The position numbers and the translations under genes were made by a program. From the NCBI RefSeq assembly GCF_030254645.1, contig NZ_CP116346.1, positions 2,419,973 to 2,483,972 on the forward strand: 64,000 bases of DNA, written 5' to 3'. This document shows, in pieces, positions 9,433 through 19,243 of the stretch. The DNA comes from Paucibacter sediminis. Its GTDB lineage: Bacteria > Pseudomonadota > Gammaproteobacteria > Burkholderiales > Burkholderiaceae_C. Numbering within the stretch: position 1 is the stretch's first letter; every line of letters starts with the position of its first letter. The notes under the pieces are model-generated. The model worked only from the letters and a program-made list of their open reading frames with translations. It had not been told where the DNA came from and ran no database searches.

Positions 9433-11291
9433 GCAGCAAGACGGTACGCCTGACGATGAGCCAGGCGCTGGTGCGCCACCTGGCCGCGCTGCGCATCGAG
9501 CTGGCCGATGGTTCGGTGCAGCCCTATGTGGGCGGTGTGTTCTCGATCTTCGGTCACGGCAATGTGGCCGGCCTGGGCGAGGCCCTGTGGGCCGAGCGCG
9601 AGGCGCTGCCGACCTACCGCGCGCACAACGAGCAGGGCATGGCCCATGCGGCGATTGCCTACGCCAAGGCGCAGCACCGCCAGCGCATCATGGCCGTCAC
9701 CAGCTCGATCGGCCCCGGTGCCACCAATATGGTCACGGCCGCCGCGTTGGCCCACGTCAACCGGTTGCCGCTGCTGCTGCTCCCCGGTGACGTGTTCGCC
9801 ACGCGCGCACCCGACCCGGTGCTGCAGCAGATCGAGGATTTTCATCACGGCGATCTGTCGGCCAACGACTGCTTCCGCCCGGTGACCCGCTACTTCGACC
9901 GGCTGATGCGGCCCGAGCAGCTGCTGACGGCGCTGCCGCGGGCGATCCAGGTGATGACTGACCCCGCGCTGTGCGGCCCGGTCTGCCTGGCCCTGCCGCA
10001 GGACGTGCAGGCCATGGCCTTCGACTGCCCGGACGACTTTCTGCAGCCGGCCCTGCTGCGCCTGCGCCGCCCCATGGCCGACGCTCGCGAGCTGCAGCGC
10101 GCGGTCGAGCAGCTGCGTGCCGCCCGCCGGCCGCTGATCATCGCCGGTGGCGGCGTGCTCTACAGTCAGGCCTGGGAGGCGCTGCGGCAGTTTGCCGAGC
10201 GCCACGGCATTCCGGTCGTCGAGACCCAGGCCGGCAAGAGCAGCCTGCCCTGGGACCATGGCCTGAACCTGGGCGCCATCGGCGTCAGCGGTGCGCCGTC
10301 CGCCAACGAGCTGGCCTGCACCGCCGATCTGGTGCTGGCCGTGGGCACGCGGCTGCAGGACTTCACCACCGGCTCGCATGCGCTGTTCAGCCAGGCCGCG
10401 CTGCTGAGCCTGAATGTGCAGGCGCTGGACGCCGCCAAGTGGAACGGTCAGGCCCTGGTGGCCGATGCCCGCGAGGGCCTGCTGCAGCTCGACGCCGCCC
10501 TGCGCGACTGGCAGGCGGTGCCGGCCTGGACCGCGCACGCGCAGCGCCTGGCCGAGATCTGGCGACGGCGCGTCACCGAGCTGACCCTGGCCGAGCCGCA
10601 GCGCCAGCTGCCCTATGACGCCGAGGTGATAGGCGCGGTGCGCGACTCGACGCCGGACTCGCCGGCGCACGATGTCGTCGTCTGCGCGGCGGGCACCCTG
10701 CCGGCCGAGCTGCACAAGCTGTGGCGCGCCGGCGCACCGGCCAGCTACCACGTCGAGTACGGCTACTCCTGCATGGGCTACGAGATCGCCGGCGGCCTGG
10801 GCGTGAAGATGGCCCTGCCCGAGCGCGAGGTCATCGTCATGGTTGGCGACGGCTCCTATCTGATGATGAACTCGGAGATCGCCACCTCGGTGATGCTGGG
10901 CCACAAGCTGATCATCGTCGTGCTGGACAACCGCGGCTACGGCTGCATCCACCGGCTGCAGCGTGCCAGCGGCGGACCACGCTTCAACAATATGCTGGAC
11001 GACTGCGTGCCCGAGGGCGGCACCCTGCCCCAAGTCGACTTCGCCGCCCATGCGGCCAGCCTGGGCGCCGAGGCCTGCCATGTGGCCGATCTGGCCGAGC
11101 TGCGCGAGGCCCTTGTCCGCGCCCGCGCCGCCAGCCACACCCAGGTCATCGTCATCGACACCACCGCCGAGCGCACCACCCCTGATGGCGGCTGCTGGTG
11201 GGAGGTGGCCATTCCCGAAGTCTCGACCCGCGTCGAGGTGCGCGAGGCGCAGATTCTTTACCGCGCCCAGAAGGCGCAGCAGCGACCGTGA
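9429..11291 (+). CDS. iolD: 3D-(3,5/4)-trihydroxycyclohexane-1,2-dione acylhydrolase, TPP-dependent
   Basis: ~620 aa thiamine-diphosphate enzyme with GDGSYLMMNSE. The ATG at 9429 overlaps the iolC stop (ATGA). Confidence 0.85.
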   Translation: MSSKTVRLTMSQALVRHLAALRIELADGSVQPYVGGVFSIFGHGNVAGLGEALWAEREALPTYRAHNEQGMAHAAIAYAKAQHRQRIMAVTSSIGPGATNMVTAAALAHVNRLPLLLLPGDVFATRAPDPVLQQIEDFHHGDLSANDCFRPVTRYFDRLMRPEQLLTALPRAIQVMTDPALCGPVCLALPQDVQAMAFDCPDDFLQPALLRLRRPMADARELQRAVEQLRAARRPLIIAGGGVLYSQAWEALRQFAERHGIPVVETQAGKSSLPWDHGLNLGAIGVSGAPSANELACTADLVLAVGTRLQDFTTGSHALFSQAALLSLNVQALDAAKWNGQALVADAREGLLQLDAALRDWQAVPAWTAHAQRLAEIWRRRVTELTLAEPQRQLPYDAEVIGAVRDSTPDSPAHDVVVCAAGTLPAELHKLWRAGAPASYHVEYGYSCMGYEIAGGLGVKMALPEREVIVMVGDGSYLMMNSEIATSVMLGHKLIIVVLDNRGYGCIHRLQRASGGPRFNNMLDDCVPEGGTLPQVDFAAHAASLGAEACHVADLAELREALVRARAASHTQVIVIDTTAERTTPDGGCWWEVAIPEVSTRVEVREAQILYRAQKAQQRP

Positions 11292-12223
11292 TGATGATGA
11301 AAGAGCAGCAGAAGATGAAACCCTGGAACGTCCGCATCGGCATCAACCCGATCTCCTGGAGCAATGACGACCTGCCGGCGCTGGGCGGCGAAACCTCGCT
11401 GGACACGGCGCTGAGCGAGGGCGCCGAGATCGGCTATCAGGGCTTCGAGCTCGGCAATAAGTTTCCGCGCGAGCCCGAGGCGCTGAAGGCCAAGCTGGCC
11501 GAGTACGGCGTGGCCTGCGTGTCGGGCTGGTACTCGGGCCGACTCGCCGAGGGCGGGCTGGAGGAGGAGATCGCGCGCTGCCATGAGCACATGGCCAAGC
11601 TGCAGCACAACGGCTGCAAGGTGGCGGTCTATGGCGAGGTGGCGGGCTCCATCCAAGGGGCTATGGACGTGCCGCTGGCCCAGCGCCCGCGCTTCGCCGA
11701 CGACGCACAGTGGCAGGCCTATGGCCAGCGCCTGAGCAGCTTCGGCGAGCACCTGCAGGCCCGTTACGGCCTGACCCTGGCCTACCACCACCATATGGGC
11801 GCCTATGTCGAATCGCCCGAGGACGTGGACCGCCTGATGGCCGTGACCGGCCCCACCGTGGGCCTGCTGTTCGACACCGGCCATGCCTACTACGGCGGCG
11901 CGCAGGACCCGGTGGTGCTGCTGAAGAAGCATCTGTCACGCGTCGTCCATGTGCATTGCAAGGACGTGCGGGCCCAGGTGGTGGCGCTGGCTCGCAACGA
12001 CGGCTGGTCCTTCCTGGACGGCGTGCTGAACGGCACCTTCACCGTGCCCGGCGATGGCGTGATCGACTTCGAGCGCGTGCTGCGCACCCTGCACGGCGGC
12101 GGCTACGAGGGCTGGCTGGTCGTCGAGGCCGAGCAGGACCCGGCCGTGGCGCCGAGCTTCGAGTACGCGGCCAAGGGTTATCAGACCCTGGCCCGTCTGG
12201 TGGCACAGATCAACCCGGCCTGA
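11291..12223 (+). CDS. iolE: Inosose dehydratase (xylose-isomerase-like TIM barrel)
   Basis: IGINPISWSNDDLP is a typical IolE N-terminus. ~310 aa. The start overlaps the iolD stop. Confidence 0.8.
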   Translation: MMMKEQQKMKPWNVRIGINPISWSNDDLPALGGETSLDTALSEGAEIGYQGFELGNKFPREPEALKAKLAEYGVACVSGWYSGRLAEGGLEEEIARCHEHMAKLQHNGCKVAVYGEVAGSIQGAMDVPLAQRPRFADDAQWQAYGQRLSSFGEHLQARYGLTLAYHHHMGAYVESPEDVDRLMAVTGPTVGLLFDTGHAYYGGAQDPVVLLKKHLSRVVHVHCKDVRAQVVALARNDGWSFLDGVLNGTFTVPGDGVIDFERVLRTLHGGGYEGWLVVEAEQDPAVAPSFEYAAKGYQTLARLVAQINPA

Positions 12224-12228
12224 CGGCG

Positions 12229-13374
12229 ATGCGCGGGCAGGCGGCATTTCTCATCGCGTGGCTGCTGGCCGGTGCGGCGGCGCTGGCTCAACCGGTCGCG
12301 CCGACGGCGCAGGAGCTGCGCCCGGTGCTGCAGCACCATGCCGCCCTGGTCCATGCCACCTATGCCGACACGCTGACCCTGGCCCGCCGCCTGCAGCAGG
12401 CGGTGCGGCGCTTCACGCAGGCGCCCTCGGCCGCGGCCTTGGCCGGCGCCCGCCAGGCCTGGCTGCAGGCGCGCGAGCGCTATGCGCTGACCGAGGCCTT
12501 CCGCTTCCACGGCGGCCCCATCGATGGCGACGACGGCCCAGAGCCCCGGCTCAACGCCTGGCCGGTCGACGAGACCTATATCGATGCGCTGATCGCCCGG
12601 TGCCGGCAGCCCATCAGCAAACGCACACTGAGCGCGCTGAACACCCGCGACGGCGAGGAGAACGTGGCCACCGGCTGGCATGCGATCGAGTACCTGCTGT
12701 GGGGGCAGGACCTCAGCGCCGAGGGCCCCGGCGACCGGCCGCATACCGACTACGTCGATGGCCGGGCCACCAACGCCGACCGGCGCCGCCTGTACCTCGC
12801 CACCGTCACCGCCCTGCTGGTCGACGACCTGGCCTGGCTGGAGCAGGCCTGGGCACCGGCCCGCGCCAACTACCGCCGGCGTTTCGAGCGGGGCGATCAG
12901 GAGTCCCTGCGCGGCCTCATCGTCGGCCTCGGTTCGCTGTCGCGCGCCGAGCTGGCCGGCGAGCGGCTGGAGGTGGCGCTGGCCAGCCGCGACCAGGAGG
13001 ACGAGCAGTCCTGCTTCTCCGACAGCACGCACCGCGACATCGTCGGCGACGCGCTGGGCATACAGAACGCCTGGCTGGGACGCTATGCCGGGCTCGACGA
13101 CAGGCAGCTCAAGCAGGGGCCGGCGCTGCGCGATCTGGTGGCTGCCCGCGATCCGGCCCTGGCCGAACGCCTGACGGCACAGATGGCCGAGTCGCTGCAG
13201 GCGGCCGAGGCGATCGAGCCGCCGTTCGACCGCGAGATCCTCGGCGGCAGCGATGCGCCTGGGCGGCAACGCATCAAGCGCGTCATCGATGCACTGCTGC
13301 GCCAGTCGAGCTCGCTGGTCGAAGCCGCGCGGGCGCTGGGCATACAGAAGCTCAACTGGGTGCGCAAGCCATGA
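12229..13374 (+). CDS. Imelysin-like protein (Peptidase_M75/IrpA family) with signal peptide
   Basis: Signal peptide LLAGAAALAQP. ~380 aa helical protein in the conserved imelysin-DUF1111-imelysin-DUF1513 context. ATG lies 6 nt after the iolE stop. Confidence 0.65.
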   Translation: MRGQAAFLIAWLLAGAAALAQPVAPTAQELRPVLQHHAALVHATYADTLTLARRLQQAVRRFTQAPSAAALAGARQAWLQARERYALTEAFRFHGGPIDGDDGPEPRLNAWPVDETYIDALIARCRQPISKRTLSALNTRDGEENVATGWHAIEYLLWGQDLSAEGPGDRPHTDYVDGRATNADRRRLYLATVTALLVDDLAWLEQAWAPARANYRRRFERGDQESLRGLIVGLGSLSRAELAGERLEVALASRDQEDEQSCFSDSTHRDIVGDALGIQNAWLGRYAGLDDRQLKQGPALRDLVAARDPALAERLTAQMAESLQAAEAIEPPFDREILGGSDAPGRQRIKRVIDALLRQSSSLVEAARALGIQKLNWVRKP

Positions 13375-14741
13375 GGGCCGGCATCGCGTTGTTGCTGGTC
13401 GCCACGCTGGCCGGCGCGGCGCTGGGCCAGGCGGCGAGCGATGACCAGCAGCGCCCCGGCGGCGCCACCACGGTGGAGGTCAATGGCCGGCGCGCGTTCT
13501 CGCTGGCCGCCGCCAATCTGACGGCCGAGGAGCAGACGCGCTTTGCCGTCGGCAACTCCTTCTTCCGCCGCAACTGGGTCGCGGCGCCGGCCTCCACCGG
13601 CGCACGCGATGGCCTGGGGCCGCTGTTCAACGCGCGCTCCTGCAGCGGCTGCCATGTCAACGACGGCCGCGCCGCGCCGGGCGAGGCCGGCCTGCTGCTG
13701 CGCCTGTCGGTGCCGGGCCGCGACGCCCACGGCGGCCCGCTGCCCGAGCCGCGCTATGGCGCGCAGCTGGCCACGCAGGCCATTCCGGGCGTGCCGGTCG
13801 AAGGGCGCCTTCAGATGACCGAGCAGGCGCTGCACGGCCGCTACACCGACGGCACGCGCTACACGCTGCAAAGTCCCCGCTACCGCCTGGCCGCGCTGCG
13901 CCACGGGCCGCTGGACCGCCAGGCACTGCTGGGCCCGCGCATCGCGCCGCAGCTGATCGGCCTGGGCCTGCTGGAGGCTATTGCCGAGGCCGACATCGAG
14001 GCCAATGCCGCGGCCCAGGCCGCGCGTGGTGACGCCATCCGCGGCCAGGCCAACCGGGTCTGGGACGCGCCCAGCGGGCAGCAGCGCATCGGCCGCTTCG
14101 GCTGGAAGGCCAACGTCGCCTCCCTGGCCCACCAGACCGCCGCGGCCTTTGCCGGCGATATGGGCATCACGTCCCGCCTGTTCCCGCTGACCGATTGCAC
14201 GGCGGCCCAGCGCGAGTGCCTGGCCGCGCCCAGCGGCGGCGCGCCGGAGATCGAGGACGACGTGCTGGCCGAGGTGGTGTTCTACGCCGCCACGCTGGCA
14301 CCACCGCTGCGCCGCGATGGGGGCGATGCCGAGGTGCAACGTGGCCAGCAGCTGTTCCAGCAGGCGCAGTGCGCGGTCTGCCACCGGCCCAGCTATGTCA
14401 CCGCGCAGCCACCGTTCCCGCGTCTGAGCAGCCCGGCCCTGGCCGGCCAGGCCATTCATCCCTACACCGACCTGCTGCTGCATGACATGGGCGAGGGCCT
14501 GGCCGATGGCCGGCCCGACTTCCTGGCCAGCGGCCGGCAATGGAAGACGCCGCCGCTGTGGGGCCTGGGCCTGATCCATGGCGTCAACGGCCACCAGCGC
14601 CTGCTGCATGACGGCCGCGCGCGCGGCGTGCTGGAGGCCGTGCTGTGGCATGGCGGCGAGGCCGATGCCAGCCGCAAGCAGGTGCTGGCGATGAGCCGCG
14701 CCGAGCGGCAGGCCCTCATCCGTTTCGTGGAGTCGCTGTGA
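13371..14741 (+). CDS. Di-heme cytochrome c peroxidase-like oxidoreductase (DUF1111)
   Basis: Signal peptide and two CxxCH motifs (CSGCH, CAVCH). The ATG at 13371 overlaps the upstream stop (ATGA). ~456 aa. Confidence 0.75.
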   Translation: MRAGIALLLVATLAGAALGQAASDDQQRPGGATTVEVNGRRAFSLAAANLTAEEQTRFAVGNSFFRRNWVAAPASTGARDGLGPLFNARSCSGCHVNDGRAAPGEAGLLLRLSVPGRDAHGGPLPEPRYGAQLATQAIPGVPVEGRLQMTEQALHGRYTDGTRYTLQSPRYRLAALRHGPLDRQALLGPRIAPQLIGLGLLEAIAEADIEANAAAQAARGDAIRGQANRVWDAPSGQQRIGRFGWKANVASLAHQTAAAFAGDMGITSRLFPLTDCTAAQRECLAAPSGGAPEIEDDVLAEVVFYAATLAPPLRRDGGDAEVQRGQQLFQQAQCAVCHRPSYVTAQPPFPRLSSPALAGQAIHPYTDLLLHDMGEGLADGRPDFLASGRQWKTPPLWGLGLIHGVNGHQRLLHDGRARGVLEAVLWHGGEADASRKQVLAMSRAERQALIRFVESL

Positions 14742-15733
14742 TGCGCCGCCTCGTCGGCTGCTTGATCCTGCTGTTTGCGGGCACTGTTGCCCGAGCAGCC
14801 GATCCGCTTCCCTACGCGGCCTACGCCGCCTTCGTGCGCCAGCTGCACCAGCACTGGTATGTGCCGCGCAGCGCCGAGTTCGCCGAGCAGAGCCGACGTC
14901 TGGCCGCGGTGCTGCAGGGCGACTGCGCCGACACCGCCGCGCTGCGTGCGCAATGGCTGCAGACGGTGGCCAGCTGGGAGCGCTTCTCGGCGGTGCGCGG
15001 TGGCGCCCTGCTGGCACGTCGCTCGCCGCGCGAGATCGACTTCATGCCGACCCGGCCCGAGGCGATTGCCAAGGCGATACGACGTGCGCCTGCGGATGCC
15101 GCGGCGATGGACCAGATCGGCTCGCCGGCCAAGGGCCTGCCGGCGCTGGAGTGGCTGCTGTGGTCCGGCGCGACGCCCCTCGATGCGGCGGGCTGCCGCT
15201 ATGCACAGCTGGCTGCCGCGGCCGTGGCCGCCGAGGCGCAGCTGCTGCAGCGGGCCTACGAGCTGGCGCTGGCGCGGGGCTGGGATGACGGCGAGGCCGA
15301 GTACGCGATGTACGAGTTCCTCAACCTCTGGGACGCCGGCCTGCAAAAACTCTGGTGGGAGGAGCTGGACCGGCCCTTGCAGAAGGCGGCACCGAACCGG
15401 CCCGCGCTGTTCTCGCGCGCGCTCAGCGGCCACAGCCTGGCCGGCTGGCGCGGGCAGTGGCAGGGCCTGCGCCAGCTGGCCTTGGGTGTGGAGGCGGGTG
15501 GCCCCTCGATCAGCGCCTATCTGCGTGCCAGCGGCCAACAGCCGGCCGCCGACAAGCTGCTGCAACAGGTGCTCGAGGTCGATCGCGCGATGGCGGCGCT
15601 GGAGCTACCTGCGCATGCCGCGCAGGCCCGTGCGGCCGTGTCCGCGCTGAAGGCGCTGCAGCAGTTTGCCGAGGGCGAGATGGCGACGGCCCTGCATTTC
15701 GTCATCAGCTTCTTCGATGAAGACGGAGACTGA
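14741..15733 (+). CDS. Imelysin-like protein (second copy)
   Basis: Signal peptide LLFAGTVARA, ~330 aa. Start overlaps the DUF1111 stop (GTGATG). Confidence 0.6.
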   Translation: MRRLVGCLILLFAGTVARAADPLPYAAYAAFVRQLHQHWYVPRSAEFAEQSRRLAAVLQGDCADTAALRAQWLQTVASWERFSAVRGGALLARRSPREIDFMPTRPEAIAKAIRRAPADAAAMDQIGSPAKGLPALEWLLWSGATPLDAAGCRYAQLAAAAVAAEAQLLQRAYELALARGWDDGEAEYAMYEFLNLWDAGLQKLWWEELDRPLQKAAPNRPALFSRALSGHSLAGWRGQWQGLRQLALGVEAGGPSISAYLRASGQQPAADKLLQQVLEVDRAMAALELPAHAAQARAAVSALKALQQFAEGEMATALHFVISFFDEDGD

Positions 15734-15736
15734 GCG

Positions 15737-16807
15737 ATGCGCCGCCGTGACTGCCTGATCTGGACCGGGGCGTTGGCGCTGCCGCAGGCCCATGCGCGAG
15801 CGGATGCGCCCCTGTTGGCTGCCAGCTGGGCCAGCGGTGGCCAGCATCAGCTGGGCGTGCTGCGGGTGCATGAGGGGCGCACGGTGGTCGCCGCCGCCAT
15901 CGATCTGCCCACCCGCGCCCATGGCCTGCTGGCCGAGCCGGGCGGCAGCTTGCTGGCCGTGGCCCGGCGGCCCGGTGACTGGCTGCTGCGCTGGCGGGCT
16001 GATGGCCAGGTGATGGCGCGGCAGTGGATAGAGCCGCAGCGTTGCTTCAACGGCCACCTGCTGCTCAGCCGTGACGGCCGTTGGCTGTTCAGCAGCGAAA
16101 CCGACCTCGACAGCGGCCAGGGCCTGATCGGTGTGCGCGATGCCGCGACCTTGGAGAAGCTGGCCGAATGGCCGACGCAGGGCCTGGACCCTCACCAGCT
16201 GCTGCTGGACGACGATGACCATCTGCTGGTCGCCAACGGCGGCGTGGCTACGCAGGCGGAGACCGGCCGGCTGAAGCTGCAGCGGGCGACGATGGATGCC
16301 TCGCTGGTGCGGCTGGACGGACGCAGCGGAGCCCTGCTGGGGCAGTGGCGCTTGGCCGATGCGCGACTGAGCCCGCGCCATCTGGGCTGGGCCGGCACCG
16401 GCACCAGCGGGCGCCGCCTGCTCGGCATCGCCCTGCAGGCCGAGCATGACGATGCGGCCGCGCGCGCGGCAGCGCCTGTGCTGGCCCTGTTCGATGGCCA
16501 GCGCCTGACGCCCTGTGCGCAGCCGGCTGCGCTGGCCGGCTATGGCGGCGACATCGCCTTCGATGGCTCGCGCTGGGCCGTCAGCTGCCCGCGCGCCGAC
16601 GCCCTGGCCTGGTGGCAGGCCGATGGTCGCTGGCTGGGCATGCAGCCCGCGGCCGGGGCCTGCGCGCTGGCCGGCGACGTGCAGGCACTGTGGTCGGGCG
16701 GCGGTGCGCTCGGCCGTTGGCGCGCGGGCCTGGCTGACGGATCAGCTCCTCTGCCCGAGGCCGCGCTGCGCCTCGACAACCACTGGCTGCGCCTGCCATC
16801 GGCGTGA
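15737..16807 (+). CDS. DUF1513-family periplasmic protein with Tat signal
   Basis: RRRDCLIWTGALALPQAHA twin-arginine signal. Fourth gene of the conserved imelysin cassette. RBS GACGGAGA. Confidence 0.6.
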   Translation: MRRRDCLIWTGALALPQAHARADAPLLAASWASGGQHQLGVLRVHEGRTVVAAAIDLPTRAHGLLAEPGGSLLAVARRPGDWLLRWRADGQVMARQWIEPQRCFNGHLLLSRDGRWLFSSETDLDSGQGLIGVRDAATLEKLAEWPTQGLDPHQLLLDDDDHLLVANGGVATQAETGRLKLQRATMDASLVRLDGRSGALLGQWRLADARLSPRHLGWAGTGTSGRRLLGIALQAEHDDAAARAAAPVLALFDGQRLTPCAQPAALAGYGGDIAFDGSRWAVSCPRADALAWWQADGRWLGMQPAAGACALAGDVQALWSGGGALGRWRAGLADGSAPLPEAALRLDNHWLRLPSA

Positions 16808-16844
16808 CCCCTCTGATTCCCTATTCCGAACCCAAGGAGACACC

Positions 16845-17645
16845 GTGAGTCTGCTGAAAAAAGCCCACAAGACCGGACGCGAGATCGTCAACATCACGCC
16901 GGAGTCGGCCGGCTGGCAGTTCGTTGGCTTCCGCGCGCTGCGGCTGGGCGCCGGCGAGCGCGAGGCGCTGTCCACCGGCAAGCGCGAGCTGTGCCTGGTG
17001 GTGCTCAGCGGCAAGGTCGATGTGGCCGTGGGTGGCCAGACCTTTGTCGGCCTGGGCACGCGCGAGCATGTGTTCGATCCGGTCTCGCCGGCCGCGCTCT
17101 ACGTGCCACCGGGCCAGCCGCTGGTCATCACCGCGCAGGGCGAGGCCGAGATCGCGCTGGCCACCGCGCCGTCCAGTGGCCGCCATCCGCTGCGCCTGAT
17201 CGACCCGGCGGCGATGCAGCGCAGTGTGCGCGGCCAGGGCAGCAATCTGCGCCATGTCTGCGACATCCTGCCGCACACCGACCCCGGCGCCGACCACCTG
17301 CTGGTGGTGGAGGTGCTGACGCCGGCCGGCCATTCGTCCAGCTACCCGCCGCACAAGCATGACCGCGACGCCGCACCGCTGGAGACGCAGCTGGAGGAGA
17401 CCTACTACCACCGCATCGATCCGCCGCAGGGCTTCGGCTTCCAGCGCGTCTACACCGACGACCGCAGTCTCGACGAGGCGATGGCCGTCGAGGACCGCGA
17501 CACGGTGATGGTGCCGCGTGGCTATCACCCGGTCGTGGCACCCCACGGCTACAGCCTCTACTACCTGAACGTGATGGCCGGGCCGACACGCAACTGGGTG
17601 TTCATGAATGACCCGGCGCACGAGTGGATGCTGAACAGGACATGA
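16845..17645 (+). CDS. iolB: 5-deoxy-glucuronate isomerase
   Basis: GTG start after AAGGAGA. ~266 aa cupin with the conserved HKHDRD motif in the correct position. Confidence 0.75.
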   Translation: MSLLKKAHKTGREIVNITPESAGWQFVGFRALRLGAGEREALSTGKRELCLVVLSGKVDVAVGGQTFVGLGTREHVFDPVSPAALYVPPGQPLVITAQGEAEIALATAPSSGRHPLRLIDPAAMQRSVRGQGSNLRHVCDILPHTDPGADHLLVVEVLTPAGHSSSYPPHKHDRDAAPLETQLEETYYHRIDPPQGFGFQRVYTDDRSLDEAMAVEDRDTVMVPRGYHPVVAPHGYSLYYLNVMAGPTRNWVFMNDPAHEWMLNRT

Positions 17646-19243
17646 AGACAAGGCGATTGGACGAGCTGTCCCTGAAGGCCCTGCTCAGTGCCGGCTTCGG
17701 CAGCGTGGCGCTGCTGATTGCCGCCCTGGGCGCCGCCGGCTGGCTGGGCATTGGCGCGCTCAATGCGCGGGTCGATGAGCTGGTGCGGGGCCAGTATCCG
17801 CGCATGGCCCTGGTCGGCGAGGTCGAGCGCGATGTGCGCGAGATGGGCCGCTCGCTGCGCAATCTGCTGCTGTGGAACGACATCCGCGAGATCAAGCAGG
17901 AGACGGCCAGGGTACAGGCCGCGCGCAAGCAGCTGGGGCAGGACCTGGAGGCGGTGGCGGCGCGGATCACGACCGCGGAGGGCCTGGCCATACTGGCCCG
18001 CATGCAGCAGGCGGGCAAGACCTATCTGCTGCTGCAGCGCCGCTTCGAGGACCTGGTGAATGCCGGCTCCAGCGACGATGGTCGCGATCTGCTGAAGGCC
18101 GAGGTGATACCGGCCGAGGCGGTGTTCCAGGCCGGCGTGCAGGAGTTGCTGCGCCACGAGACCGAGGCGATGGCGGCCGCGGCGGAGCAGGCCACCGCCA
18201 GCGCGACGCGGCTGCAGCGGGGTATTGCCGCCGGCGCCCTGTTCGCCCTCTTGCTGGCCCTGCTGCTGGCCTGGTGGATAGTCCGCACGACGACGCGGCC
18301 GCTGCAGCGGGCGGTGCTGCTGGCGCGGGGCGTTGCGGCCGGCGATCTGAGCCTGGCCATAGCCGCGCCGGGCCGCAGCGAGACCGCGCAGCTCTTGCAG
18401 GCGCTGGCCGAGATGCAGGTCGGCCTGTCCGGCGTGGTCGGACAGGTGCGCAGCAATGCTGAGCACCTGGCAGCGGCCAGTCAGGAGATTGCCCAGGGCA
18501 ATCAGGATCTGTCGGGCCGCACCGAGCAGCAGGCCGGTGCGCTGGAGCAAACGGCGGCGGCGATGGAGCAGCTGGGCAGCACGGTGCGCAACAACGCCGA
18601 GCAGGCCGGCCAGGCCAGCCGGCTGGCGCAGGACGCCAGCGCCGTGGCCCTGCGCGGCGGTGCCGTGGTGGGTGAGGTGGTGGCGACGATGAAGGGCATC
18701 ATTGACAGCTCGCGCCGCATCGCCGAGATCACCAGCGTGATCGACGGTATCGCCTTCCAGACCAATATCCTGGCGCTGAATGCCGCCGTCGAGGCCGCAC
18801 GGGCCGGCGACCAGGGCCGCGGCTTCGCCGTCGTCGCCGGCGAGGTGCGCAGCCTGGCGCAGCGCAGCGCCGAGGCGGCCAAGACCATCAGCGGCTTGAT
18901 AGACACCAGCGTCGGCCGTGTCGAGCAGGGCAGCCTGCTGGTCGATCGCGCCGGCGCGACGATGCAGGAGGTGGTTGCGGCCATCGAGCGCGTCAGCGGC
19001 CTGGTGGCCGACATCAGCCGCGCCTGCGCCGAGCAAAGCAGCGGCGTGGCCCAGGTCGGCGAGGCCATCACGCATATGGACCGCGCCACCCAGCAGAACG
19101 CCGCCCTGGTCGAGCAGAGCGCCGCCGCGGCGCTGTCGCTGCAGCAGCAGGCAGCTCAGCTGCTGCAGGCGGTGGCGGTGTTCAAGCTCGCCCAGACCTC
19201 TGTTTCCCCTTCTTTCCCATCCACATCCAAGGAATCTCGATGA
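17642..19243 (+). CDS. Methyl-accepting chemotaxis protein (4HB_MCP-HAMP-MCP signalling domain)
   Basis: N-terminal TM helix plus periplasmic four-helix bundle, second TM helix, HAMP, and the conserved MCP signalling domain (...[34 protein letters not shown]...). The ATG overlaps the iolB stop. The upstream GTG at 17624 listed by the track is less likely. Confidence 0.85.
   Translation: MKTRRLDELSLKALLSAGFGSVALLIAALGAAGWLGIGALNARVDELVRGQYPRMALVGEVERDVREMGRSLRNLLLWNDIREIKQETARVQAARKQLGQDLEAVAARITTAEGLAILARMQQAGKTYLLLQRRFEDLVNAGSSDDGRDLLKAEVIPAEAVFQAGVQELLRHETEAMAAAAEQATASATRLQRGIAAGALFALLLALLLAWWIVRTTTRPLQRAVLLARGVAAGDLSLAIAAPGRSETAQLLQALAEMQVGLSGVVGQVRSNAEHLAAASQEIAQGNQDLSGRTEQQAGALEQTAAAMEQLGSTVRNNAEQAGQASRLAQDASAVALRGGAVVGEVVATMKGIIDSSRRIAEITSVIDGIAFQTNILALNAAVEAARAGDQGRGFAVVAGEVRSLAQRSAEAAKTISGLIDTSVGRVEQGSLLVDRAGATMQEVVAAIERVSGLVADISRACAEQSSGVAQVGEAITHMDRATQQNAALVEQSAAAALSLQQQAAQLLQAVAVFKLAQTSVSPSFPSTSKESR

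Noticed and set aside
7510-11138. 585-aa and 681-aa minus-strand ORFs (7510..9267, 9093..11138)
   Set aside because: Antisense to iolC and iolD, whose products carry unmistakable PfkB and TPP-enzyme signatures.
12258-14741. 827-aa plus-strand ORF spanning imelysin and DUF1111 regions in another frame, and 11710..13374 554-aa ORF
   Set aside because: The real genes start at internal ATGs (12229, 13371) preceded by stops of upstream genes. The long N-terminal extensions are out-of-context read-through of the neighbouring gene in another frame.
13083-15017. 644-aa minus-strand ORF
   Set aside because: Antisense to the DUF1111 and imelysin genes. Arg/Ala/Gly low complexity.
17561-19075. 504-aa minus-strand ORF
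   Set aside because: Antisense to the MCP, whose signalling domain is unambiguous.
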